This document shows, one piece after another, positions 6,860-14,920 of a stretch of DNA of 38,243 nucleotides. Positions within the stretch are counted from its first letter, which is position 1, and every line of letters starts with the position of its first letter. Both the position numbers and the translations under genes were made by a program. Source of the stretch: Parcubacteria group bacterium CG11_big_fil_rev_8_21_14_0_20_39_14 (lineage in GTDB: Bacteria; Patescibacteriota; Minisyncoccia; Minisyncoccales; GCA-002787255); NCBI GenBank assembly GCA_002787255.1, contig PCWD01000056.1:1-38243 (forward strand). Reading direction: 5' to 3'. The notes below the pieces were generated by a model. The model was given only the letters and a program-made list of their open reading frames with translations. It had not been told where the DNA came from and searched no databases.

Positions 6860-8338
6860 CTAAAGATTTAGAGTTTGTTCAAAGAGTTTGGCGAAGTCAA
6901 AAATTCTTTCTTCTTTAAACCAGGGCCCGATAACCTGAAGACCGACTGGCAACCCGCCAGCCTTGCCGCAAGAAACAGAAACTGCCGGAAGTCCGGCCAA
7001 GTTAATCGGAACGGTAAAAACATCGGACAGGTACATTGAAAGAGGGTCTTTGATTTTTTCGCCGAGTCTAAAAGCGGTAGTTGGACAGGTCGGAGTTAAA
7101 ATCAAATCTATCTTTTTGAAAGATTCCTCAAAATCTTTTTTTATAAGAGACCGAACTTTTTGAGCGCGTAAGTAGTAAGCCTCATAATAACCGGCTGACA
7201 AAGCATAAGTTCCCAGCATAATTCTTCTTTTTGGCTCGTCTCCAAATCCCTCCTGACGAGATTTTAAATAAACATCCAATAAATTATGCGCATTTTTTGA
7301 AAAAGCAGAATATCCAAACTTTATTCCGTCGTACCGGGCTAAATTAGCGCTAACCTCCGATGACATAATTATGTAATAACAAGCTATAGCGTATTCTGTG
7401 TGGGGCAAACTTATTTCCTCAATTTTTGCCCCCAATTCTCTTGCCTTGTCAATGGCTTTTTTTACCACATTTTCCACTTTTGAGTCAATACCCTTTACAA
7501 AATACTCCCTTGGAACCCCTATGCGTAGATTTTGGATTTTGCCTGCCCCGTACCGCGCCAAAGGCTCTGGTGCGGGGGATTTTGGATTTTGGATTTTGGA
7601 TTCGACAGAAGTCGAATCCATTTGGTCTTTACCCTTTATTACATTAAAAACAGTTCTGGCATCATCTACAGTCTTGGTGATTGGTCCTATCTGGTCAAGA
7701 CTGGAGGCCATAGCAATTAATCCGAAGCGAGAAACTGCTCCGTAGGTAGGCTTAAATCCAACCACCCCGCAGAATGAAGCGGGCTGGCGAATTGAGCCGC
7801 CGGTATCCGAGCCCAAAGCATAAACAGTAAAGGACGCAGCTACTGCTGCTGCCGAACCGGAGGAAGAACCGCCCGGAACCCGGGATTCATTATGGGGATT
7901 TTTGGTCGGGAAAAAACCCGAGTTTTCTCCGGAAGAACCCATAGCAAATTCATCCATATTGGTCTTTCCAAGAATTACTGCGCCGGCTTTTTTCAATCTT
8001 TCCACAACACAGGCGTCATAAACAGCGGTGTAATTTTCTAAAATTTTTGAGCCGGCAGTGCATCGCTCTCCTTCCACCAAAATATTATCTTTCACAGCCA
8101 TCGGGATTCCGGCAAGCGGGCTCAAATCTTCGCCATTTTCAATTTTTTCATCAATCCTTTTGGCTGTATTTAAAGCAATTTCCGGGGAAAGATTAATAAA
8201 TGCCCCTAATTTTTTGTCCTCTTTTTCAATTTTTTCCAAAAAAACCCGGGTTAATTCCAGAGAAGAAAATTTCTTTTTCTTTAAGCCCTCATAAGTTTCT
8301 TTGATGGTAAGTTTATGAAGCTCCACTTTAAAAATCAA
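6860..8338 (-). CDS. gatA: Glutamyl/aspartyl-tRNA amidotransferase subunit A
   Basis: 492 aa. Amidase signature GGSSSGSAAAVA. Motifs KDN, DSTS and IGVPREYF present. Confidence 0.93.
   Translation of the reverse strand: MIFKVELHKLTIKETYEGLKKKKFSSLELTRVFLEKIEKEDKKLGAFINLSPEIALNTAKRIDEKIENGEDLSPLAGIPMAVKDNILVEGERCTAGSKILENYTAVYDACVVERLKKAGAVILGKTNMDEFAMGSSGENSGFFPTKNPHNESRVPGGSSSGSAAAVAASFTVYALGSDTGGSIRQPASFCGVVGFKPTYGAVSRFGLIAMASSLDQIGPITKTVDDARTVFNVIKGKDQMDSTSVESKIQNPKSPAPEPLARYGAGKIQNLRIGVPREYFVKGIDSKVENVVKKAIDKARELGAKIEEISLPHTEYAIACYYIIMSSEVSANLARYDGIKFGYSAFSKNAHNLLDVYLKSRQEGFGDEPKRRIMLGTYALSAGYYEAYYLRAQKVRSLIKKDFEESFKKIDLILTPTCPTTAFRLGEKIKDPLSMYLSDVFTVPINLAGLPAVSVSCGKAGGLPVGLQVIGPWFKEERIFDFAKLFEQTLNL
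7528..7620. repeat. In-frame repeat insertion in gatA, related to the intergenic CCCCG...TACGGGGCAGGCAAA element
   Basis: Minus-sense sequence is aaaatccaaaatccaaaatcccccgcaccagagcctttggcgcggtacggggcaggcaaaatccaaaatc. It shares tacggggcaggcaaa plus flanking heptamer words with 24857-24899 and 27313-27356. Confidence 0.7.
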
Positions 8339-8471
8339 AAATCAAATATCAAAAATCAAAATTATCACCGCCGAAGCGGGATTCCGCTATGGCGGAACAT
8401 ATTAAAAATTAAAAATTTTGAATTTTGCATTATCATTTTGCATTTTAATTTTTTGCATTTTGATTTCGGGG

Positions 8472-8759
8472 TCAGAGCACTGCTTTGACCTTGATGTGTC
8501 CTTCCTTCGTTTCCGGAACCTCCTTGAGTATTTTTTTAACTTTTTCAACTTCAATTTTCCTGCTCTGGTCCGGCCTTGTCACATTTTTTGAACCGGTTAT
8601 GTGAGAAACTGGTTCAACTTTTGAAATATCAACTTTTTGAAGCTGGGAAACATAATCTAAAATTGAGGAGAGTTCCTTTTGAAACTTTCTTTCTTCTCTC
8701 TCGTTTAATCCCAATCGAGCTAATTTGGCTATATGTTTTACATCTTCTTGGAAAATCAT
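8472..8759 (-). CDS. gatC: Glutamyl/aspartyl-tRNA amidotransferase subunit C
   Basis: MIFQEDVKHIAKLARLGLNEREE... is a typical GatC N-terminus. The track ORF extends to a TTG at 8792; the ATG at 8759 is preferred. Confidence 0.85.
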   Translation of the reverse strand: MIFQEDVKHIAKLARLGLNEREERKFQKELSSILDYVSQLQKVDISKVEPVSHITGSKNVTRPDQSRKIEVEKVKKILKEVPETKEGHIKVKAVL

Positions 8760-8827
8760 GCCAATTTTCTCAGCGAAGCAAATCTCGAGCAAGGCGAGAG
8801 ATGCGGCTGAGCTGTTAGAAAATTGAG

Positions 8828-8921
8828 CACCCCGTTAGATAGAAAATTTATTTTATAAATTTTCATCTAACGGGGTAAAGGACTTTATAACGCTCCCCCG
8901 TTAGATAATTATCTAACGGGG
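8828..8921. repeat. ccccgttaga/tctaacgggg palindromic word element, locus 1, overlapping the ligA stop
   Basis: Two hairpins. The second, ccccgttagataattatctaacgggg (8896-8921), contains the last four ligA codons (GPVR) and the stop. Confidence 0.7.
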
Positions 8922-11044
8922 CCGCTAACAAATTCCTTTAAAAACATTTTTTCGTCTATAATTTTTACCCCAAGCTTTTTTGCTTTTTCCAATTTTGAAC
9001 CTGGATTCCTGCCGACTACCACAAAACTGGTATTTTTTGAAACAGAGCCGGAAACTTTTCCACCGAGTTCCTTTATTTTTTCTTTAACCTCGTCTCTGGT
9101 AAAAATTTTTAACTCACCGGTTAGCGCAAAAATCTTGTTTCGTAATTTTTGATTTTTTCCGCCCGAGGCGAATCCGCCTCTGGCGGAGATTTTTGCTTTT
9201 TGATATTGTGTTCTCACTCCCGCTCTTTGAAGTTTTTCCAAAAAACGAAGGTTGTCTTTGTCTTTAAACCATTTGTAAAGACTGTTGGAAACTTCCGGAC
9301 CGATATCTTGGACTTTCTGCAATTCTTCAAGGCTTGCCTTTTTTATTCTATCTAAATTTCCGAAATAATCTACCAGGGCATAAGCTGTTTCCTCCCCAAT
9401 ATGTCTTATTCCCAGAGCAAACAAAAATCGGTTTAAAGAAATTTCTTTTTTAGCTTGAATTGCTTTGATTAAATTTTTGGCTGACTTTTCAGCAAACCGT
9501 TCTAATGGTTTAATATCCCCCTCTTTTAGGATAAACAAATCGGGGATGTCGGAAATTAACCCCTCATCTAAAAATCGATCTATTATTTTTGGACCCAATC
9601 CTATTATATCAAAAGCTCTCTTGGAGACAAGATGATAAAAGTTCTCCCTTTTTATAGCCGGACAATTTTTGTTCGGACAATACCAAACCACTTCTTTCTC
9701 TTTTCTGCGCAATTTTGTCTTGCAAGCCGGACAAACTTCCGGCATTTTAAATTCTTTTTCTTTACCCGACCTAAGGCCGGGCAAAACTTTTATGATGTCG
9801 GGAATAACATCTCCGGCTCTGCCAACAATAACCGTGTCGCCAATTTTCACTCCTAATCTTTTAATTTCATCTTCATTGTGTAAAGTTGCCCGAGAAATTG
9901 TTGTTCCTCCAATCTCAACCGGCTTTAGATAAGCCACCGGGGTTAGAGCTCCGGTTCTTCCAATCTGAAGCGAAATCCCTTCAATAATAGTTATTGATTC
10001 TTTTAATGGAAACTTGTAGGCGATAGCTCCTCGGGGAGCCTTTCCAACTGTTCCCAATTTTTCAAACAAATCATTTTGATTAACAATTACCACGAGCCCG
10101 TCTATTTCATAAGGTAAAGTTTTTCTTTTTTCGCGCCAGGTTCCGTGAAATTCAAAAACCTCGGATAAATTCTTACAAAATTTATTGTGGGGATTGGTTT
10201 TAAAACCAAATGCCTTTAAAATTTTATGTTTTTCTTCATGGGTTTTTTGTCCTAAATCACAAATAAGTTCGTAAGCGTAGGAATCAAGGTTCCTGAAAGC
10301 GGTAACTTTTGGGTCAAGCTGTCTGATGGAGCCGGCAGCCATATTTCGAGGATTGGCAAAAATTGGCTCTCCCATTTTTTCTCTTTCTTTATTTACTCTT
10401 TCAAACTCTTTTTTAGTAATAAAAACTTCTCCCCTGACTATAAGTTTTTGGGGCCATTTTCTTTCTAAATTTTCAGCAATTTTTTTAAGTCCGCTTTCTT
10501 TTAATTCGGAAATTATCTCATTTTTCTCTCTTATTTTTAAAGGAATGGCTTCAATCGTTTTTAGGTTTTGAGAAACATTTTCACCGACAAAACCATCTCC
10601 CCTGGTTGAACCGACTGAAAAAATTTCTCTGTTATAAACCATTTCAATTGCCAGCCCGTCAATTTTTAATTCGCAATAATAATTCAATTCAGTTTTTGGC
10701 AACCCCTCGCCAAATTTATTTTTTTGGGGGGTAAATAAAAGTTTTTTGATTCTCTCCTCCCAGTCTTTTACATCTTTTTCCGAGAAAGCATCGTTAAATG
10801 AAAGCATTGGATAAGGATGTCTGAATTTTTCAAATTTTTCCAAAGGTTTCCCGCCCACTCTTTGAGTTGGAGAATCGAGGGTTATAAACTCGGGATGTTT
10901 TTGCTCCAAATCAAAAAGTTCCTGCTTTAGCGAATCCAAAGCCGAGTCCGAAATCTCCTGCCTGTCTAAAACATGATACAAATAACGATGGTGATTAATT
11001 TCCTTTTTTAACCTTTTAATCCGTTCAGCCGCCTCCATATTCAA
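8909..11044 (-). CDS. ligA: NAD-dependent DNA ligase
   Basis: 711 aa. Adenylation motif CELKIDGLA, Cys4 zinc finger CPACKTKL...WYCPNKNC, HhH region and C-terminal BRCT (FALTGEL...). Confidence 0.95.
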   Translation of the reverse strand: MNMEAAERIKRLKKEINHHRYLYHVLDRQEISDSALDSLKQELFDLEQKHPEFITLDSPTQRVGGKPLEKFEKFRHPYPMLSFNDAFSEKDVKDWEERIKKLLFTPQKNKFGEGLPKTELNYYCELKIDGLAIEMVYNREIFSVGSTRGDGFVGENVSQNLKTIEAIPLKIREKNEIISELKESGLKKIAENLERKWPQKLIVRGEVFITKKEFERVNKEREKMGEPIFANPRNMAAGSIRQLDPKVTAFRNLDSYAYELICDLGQKTHEEKHKILKAFGFKTNPHNKFCKNLSEVFEFHGTWREKRKTLPYEIDGLVVIVNQNDLFEKLGTVGKAPRGAIAYKFPLKESITIIEGISLQIGRTGALTPVAYLKPVEIGGTTISRATLHNEDEIKRLGVKIGDTVIVGRAGDVIPDIIKVLPGLRSGKEKEFKMPEVCPACKTKLRRKEKEVVWYCPNKNCPAIKRENFYHLVSKRAFDIIGLGPKIIDRFLDEGLISDIPDLFILKEGDIKPLERFAEKSAKNLIKAIQAKKEISLNRFLFALGIRHIGEETAYALVDYFGNLDRIKKASLEELQKVQDIGPEVSNSLYKWFKDKDNLRFLEKLQRAGVRTQYQKAKISARGGFASGGKNQKLRNKIFALTGELKIFTRDEVKEKIKELGGKVSGSVSKNTSFVVVGRNPGSKLEKAKKLGVKIIDEKMFLKEFVSGPVR

Positions 11045-11058
11045 ATAAAATATAAAAA

Positions 11059-11109
11059 ATAAAAAAGCATAGAGTATTCAAAATTTTCTGAAAGAAAATT
11101 TTGAATACT
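11059..11109 (-). terminator. AT-rich 16-bp hairpin followed by a T-run on the minus strand
   Basis: agtattcaaaattttc-tgaaa-gaaaattttgaatact (11073-11109). In minus sense it is followed by ctatgcttttttatttttt. Confidence 0.4.
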
Positions 11110-11239
11110 TATTTGCTATTTTAAATATTTTATACCCCGCACCAGCCCCGCACCAAGATTTCTCTGGTGCGAGGTGGTGCGGAAATAGTCCAGCACCGAG
11201 CTTTACTCTGGCGCTGGGTTTGCTCTTTTATTTTAGCGC

Positions 11240-12343
11240 TTACCATTTTGGCAAAACGGTCTTTTTAATAGAAGTGCTCTTTGAAATACTGCAGTAAAGA
11301 CCGTTGGAATCGGTAATTGTCAAGCTAACGGTTTTACTGCCGGCTGTTAGCGAAAAAATGGCTATTGGATTTTCTTTGTCTGAACTTTCGAGAACAGCAT
11401 CCTGAAATGTCCAGCGCCAGTTTTTAATAACGGTTCCCTCATAAGCCTTTGAGTCATCAATGAACTGAACTTCTTCGCCCAAAAAAGGACTCAATGGCTC
11501 CCAGGAAAAATCCGGTTTTGGGTAAGCGGAAATCGGAACGATATAGGGCTTCAAATAAACCGCCCAGTCTGATTGACCGCCCCGGCTGTCCCAAACTTTT
11601 ACTCTCCACCAATAAGTTTGGCCGTAAGACAGGTTTCCGTTCATTACAACAAAATTTTGAGAGGAACCGCTATTCTCCTTTTCTATTTCCGGAGAGGAAA
11701 AATTTTTATTGTTATCAACCTGAACTAAATATTTGGATTGAATATCTTTCTCATCGGAATCAGAAAAAGTCCAATAAAGAATTGGGTTTAAGGGATTTGG
11801 ACAACTGTGACAAGAAGCAGAGCATTCCGCTGGAGACATTGTAAGCTCTGTTGCTTTTGGAGGATTGTTTGGCAAAAGGGGGCCCGGCTGGTCCTGCTTT
11901 TCTTCTCCTTTATTCGTTTCGGTAGGCAATGGTTCGGGAGGGGATGGCAAACTGGCTGAAAAGGGAAAATCTTTTTCCAACCGAAGATAGTTTGTATTGA
12001 GCTTTTGGTCGCTCCAATAAAAAATATTCCAGCCAACGGCTTCTAATTTTGACTGAACAGCCGCGCCTCCGCCGAGTATTTTTTCCTTTTTAATCAAAAA
12101 ATCAAGACATCCGGCAATCCCTTCTAAAAGATTGGAAATTCCTTCCCCTGTCAGCTCTGTTGCCGTGGCGGTCATACCGGCCCCGAATCCCAAAACCGGT
12201 CTAATCCAATCCCAGACCGCTTTTTTGACACTCTTAAAGAGAGCCTCAACCGTGTTCCCTGCATTGTCAAAACTAAAAAAAGCTTGAGCGAAATTCGGAA
12301 AAATAAAGGAAAAAATAATTAAAAAGAAAATTGTTTTCTTCAT
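11240..12343 (-). CDS. Secreted protein with Fn3/PKD-like beta-sandwich domains
   Basis: Signal peptide MKKTIFFLIIFSFIFPNFAQA, Pro-rich linker, then YWWRVKVWDSRGGQSDW and PDFSWEP...VQFIDDS...TVSLTITDSNG (PKD-like). Confidence 0.6.
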   Translation of the reverse strand: MKKTIFFLIIFSFIFPNFAQAFFSFDNAGNTVEALFKSVKKAVWDWIRPVLGFGAGMTATATELTGEGISNLLEGIAGCLDFLIKKEKILGGGAAVQSKLEAVGWNIFYWSDQKLNTNYLRLEKDFPFSASLPSPPEPLPTETNKGEEKQDQPGPLLPNNPPKATELTMSPAECSASCHSCPNPLNPILYWTFSDSDEKDIQSKYLVQVDNNKNFSSPEIEKENSGSSQNFVVMNGNLSYGQTYWWRVKVWDSRGGQSDWAVYLKPYIVPISAYPKPDFSWEPLSPFLGEEVQFIDDSKAYEGTVIKNWRWTFQDAVLESSDKENPIAIFSLTAGSKTVSLTITDSNGLYCSISKSTSIKKTVLPKW

Positions 12344-12523
12344 TAAAGTTGGTGCGTAATAATTTTCGTGTAGTTTCGTATGGGCGGCTTCGGTCGAGCT
12401 TTATGTTGCCACAAGGCTTTGCAGCCGCCTTGTTTCGTGTGGTTTCGTGTAAAGAACCGCCATTTCTTATTACGCATCAAGTTTATTAAAGTAATGAAGG
12501 CGGAGCCTTCCTCCTGCTCTATT

Positions 12524-12907
12524 TTAATAACTTATCTGAACACTTCGATTGGTGCCTTTATAAGTGCCTGTTGATTTAATCTCAACCGGCGGAGCGGTTT
12601 TCTTGGTGCAAACTTTATAACTTGCTCCATTGGAAAGCTCGGTAGTGGGATAGCAATCAACAGTTTTTTCCGCGGCGCAGCCAGCGCCGGCGCAACAGCA
12701 GTTTGTCGGGTTAAGCGACTCTTTGTTTAAGCCATACATAAATCTCTCTATGCCGGTGTCAGCTGCTCCGTAGGCAAGAACCGAATTGGCAATTTCCTGA
12801 GAAAGCTTTATTTCCCTGACAAGCAAAGTGGCGATTCCCAAAGCCAAAGCTATAAGACCGGTTAATATTGAAAGAGTTAAAATTAAAGCAATACCCTTAC
12901 TCTTCAT
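12524..12907 (-). CDS. PilX/GspK-like minor pilin
   Basis: N-terminus MKSKGIALILTLSILTGLIALALG resembles the PilX_N/GspK hydrophobic segment. The gene lies directly after the three prepilin genes. Confidence 0.5.
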   Translation of the reverse strand: MKSKGIALILTLSILTGLIALALGIATLLVREIKLSQEIANSVLAYGAADTGIERFMYGLNKESLNPTNCCCAGAGCAAEKTVDCYPTTELSNGASYKVCTKKTAPPVEIKSTGTYKGTNRSVQISY

Positions 12908-12940
12908 AAAATTAAATATGAAAAATAAAAAATAAAAAAC

Positions 12941-13080
12941 CTAATTTGATATTTGATATTTGATTTTAGCGACCCCGCCCTTTCTATAATTTCCAAAAAG
13001 TTTTGAAATTTTTATCTGTATTTATCAATTATTTAAGTTATTAACCTTTGTGGAAACTTTAGAAAAGGCGGGGGAGCGCT
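12941..13080. mobile_element. MITE-like element, copy 1
   Basis: Own TIRs are ccccgccctttcta (12973-12986) and tagaaaaggcgggg (13060-13073). Its reverse complement is near-identical over about 130 bp to 20745-20886. Confidence 0.75.
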
Positions 13081-13619
13081 TACGGTAGGTCAAGATTTCT
13101 TTGGGAAACTGTTGTCTGAAAATTGAGCTCAACTTGATACATAGAACCAACGCTGTCCAGACTTTTTACTTTTAAAACCGTAGTTACCCTGGGTTGGGTA
13201 TTGTCTGCCGTGCCAACGCCCGAAACATCAAAGTAAAGCTTCTCAACCTTTACATTGCTTGAACTTATATAATCAGCCCCCTTGGTGGAAGAGTCTTCTT
13301 TAACTCTATTATTCTCAAGAGTGTAAATTATCGTTCCCTTGATTGCATGGTTTTTTACATTTAGGGAAAGGAGTTGGACGCCGTTGGAAGTAACAATTTC
13401 GCTCATTCTTAGGGCCTTGGCAACTGTTTCCATAACATATCTTCCATTGTCTAAAACTTTTTGAGTTTCCAAACTTCTCCGCTGGGCCTTGAGCGCCGCT
13501 GAAAAAAGACCGGAAGCAGCTGCCACGGTTAACCCAAACAATGCCACTGATACCAATAATTCAACGAGAGTAAAACCTTTGTTTTTTATTGTTCTATTGT
13601 TAAATTGTTCTATTGTCAT
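13080..13619 (-). CDS. Prepilin-type minor pilin, PilW/GspJ-like
   Basis: MTIEQFNNRTIKNKG|FTLVELLVSVALFGL: class III signal with G/F cleavage site and Glu at +5. Confidence 0.75.
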   Translation of the reverse strand: MTIEQFNNRTIKNKGFTLVELLVSVALFGLTVAAASGLFSAALKAQRRSLETQKVLDNGRYVMETVAKALRMSEIVTSNGVQLLSLNVKNHAIKGTIIYTLENNRVKEDSSTKGADYISSSNVKVEKLYFDVSGVGTADNTQPRVTTVLKVKSLDSVGSMYQVELNFQTTVSQRNLDLP

Positions 13620-13680
13620 ATTGTTAAACTGTTGTATTGAAAAAAGTAAAGCAATTTGTCAATTTAGCAATTTAGCAATT
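13575..13680 (-). promoter_or_regulatory. Conserved pilin upstream-plus-leader block, copy 1
   Basis: Minus sense: aattgctaaattgctaaattgacaaattgctttacttttttcaatacaacagtttaacaatATGACAATAGAACAATTTAACAATAGAACAATAAA. Confidence 0.6.
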
Positions 13681-14216
13681 TACTTCCAGTCATATAAATG
13701 CTCGGTCATTAGAATTTCTTTTGAAGTTCCCCGGCTAGTCCAATAAACTCGGGCTTCAACCAACATTTTTTTATATTGACCGGCCTCTGGAAATTCAAGA
13801 CACTGCACAGTAAGCTTTCTTTTGAAAGTTGTATCATTTCCGCTTGTATAATTATAATAGCCATTGCTGTCTAATTTTAAATAACTATCTGCGTAAGCTT
13901 CGGTAGAGGTGCTGTTGTAGGCTACTTGTTTATTTAAAGAACTTCCGTTACAATCCGAAATAATATTATCATTCCAATTTCCCGTTCCAACAAGCCAGTT
14001 GGTATCTCTTATATTTCTTATCACCTCAATTCCTTCCTGGGCAAGATTAACGGCAATTAATCTGTCTTTTGATATTTCGGATGTTCTTAAAACCTGATTG
14101 GCCAGGGTCATACAGCCGACAATTCCGACTGTCAGCACAAAAATAGCAACCAACGCCTCAATAATGGTAAAACCGTTGTCCTTTATTGTTCTATTGTTAT
14201 ATTGTTCTATTGTCAT
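13680..14216 (-). CDS. Prepilin-type minor pilin, PilV/GspI-like
   Basis: MTIEQYNNRTIKDNG|FTIIEALVAIFVLTVGIVG. Confidence 0.75.
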   Translation of the reverse strand: MTIEQYNNRTIKDNGFTIIEALVAIFVLTVGIVGCMTLANQVLRTSEISKDRLIAVNLAQEGIEVIRNIRDTNWLVGTGNWNDNIISDCNGSSLNKQVAYNSTSTEAYADSYLKLDSNGYYNYTSGNDTTFKRKLTVQCLEFPEAGQYKKMLVEARVYWTSRGTSKEILMTEHLYDWK

Positions 14217-14280
14217 ATTGAGAATAAGGAATGTTTATCACTTTAATTTAACAATTTAGCCATTTAACAATTTAGCAATT
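14172..14280 (-). promoter_or_regulatory. Conserved pilin upstream-plus-leader block, copy 2
   Basis: The same aattgctaaattg words and a near-identical ATGACAATAGAACAATATAACAATAGAACAATAAA leader. Confidence 0.6.
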
Positions 14281-14867
14281 TATTGAATGTCAATGTTTCC
14301 TTTGCTGTTAATTGTTAATTGTTTTGTTGTGGATTCATCAGTAGTGAGAGACAAGGTGATTGTGCCGCTTGTCCCGGAAGAAAAATTAGTGGTGGGGTCG
14401 GGAGGAACAAAAACAACCGAAAAGGAATAAACGGGAATAACCGTTTTAACTTTTACTCCGCTTTCTACGGAAATAGTCTCAATTTTAACATCAACGCCAG
14501 TGCCGCCATAAGCATTGTTGCCGTCACAATCGGCAAATAAAATATAGGAAGCATTTGAAGCATCGGAATCGTTGGCGCAGAAGTCGGCGCCGGGCCCGCC
14601 GCTGCTAAAGCAGATTCCATAACCGTCAATAGCCGCTGACTCGGGACAGGTATATCCCGGAGAAGACAGGGCCATATTTGAAGCTCTTCTTATCTCTTGA
14701 GAAACTCTTTGGGCCGTCCTTGTCAATGCCCAATTTTTGTTTCCGCCTCTAAAATAAACCAGGGTGGCTCCCGAGATAACTGTGATAATGGCAACAGAAA
14801 CCAAAAGCTCAACTAAAGAAAATCCTCTATGCTTTATTGTTCTATTGTTATATTGTTCTATTGTCAT
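14280..14867 (-). CDS. Prepilin-type minor pilin, GspH/FimT-like
   Basis: MTIEQYNNRTIKHRG|FSLVELLVSVAIITVISG. Confidence 0.75.
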   Translation of the reverse strand: MTIEQYNNRTIKHRGFSLVELLVSVAIITVISGATLVYFRGGNKNWALTRTAQRVSQEIRRASNMALSSPGYTCPESAAIDGYGICFSSGGPGADFCANDSDASNASYILFADCDGNNAYGGTGVDVKIETISVESGVKVKTVIPVYSFSVVFVPPDPTTNFSSGTSGTITLSLTTDESTTKQLTINSKGNIDIQ

Positions 14868-14920
14868 ATTGTTAAAATGTTGTATTGAAAGAAGTAAAGC
14901 AATTTAGCAATTTAGCAATT
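14823..14920 (-). promoter_or_regulatory. Conserved pilin upstream-plus-leader block, copy 3
   Basis: Minus sense: aaattgctaaattgctaaattgctttacttctttcaatacaacattttaacaatATGACAATAGAACAATATAACAATAGAACAATAAA. Confidence 0.6.

Noticed and set aside
2777-10571. Many 60-115-aa antisense or alternative-frame ORFs inside murA, gatA, ligA, pilB, pilT, dnaX and the Clp ATPase
   Set aside because: Each lies wholly within a longer ORF that has clear family motifs. They have no independent support.
13620-14920. Regularly recurring aattgctaaattg blocks that might suggest a CRISPR-like array
   Set aside because: The sequences between the blocks are full prepilin genes of 540-590 bp. The repeats are not uniform in length and no cas genes are present. 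This is paralogous gene-upstream duplication, not CRISPR.
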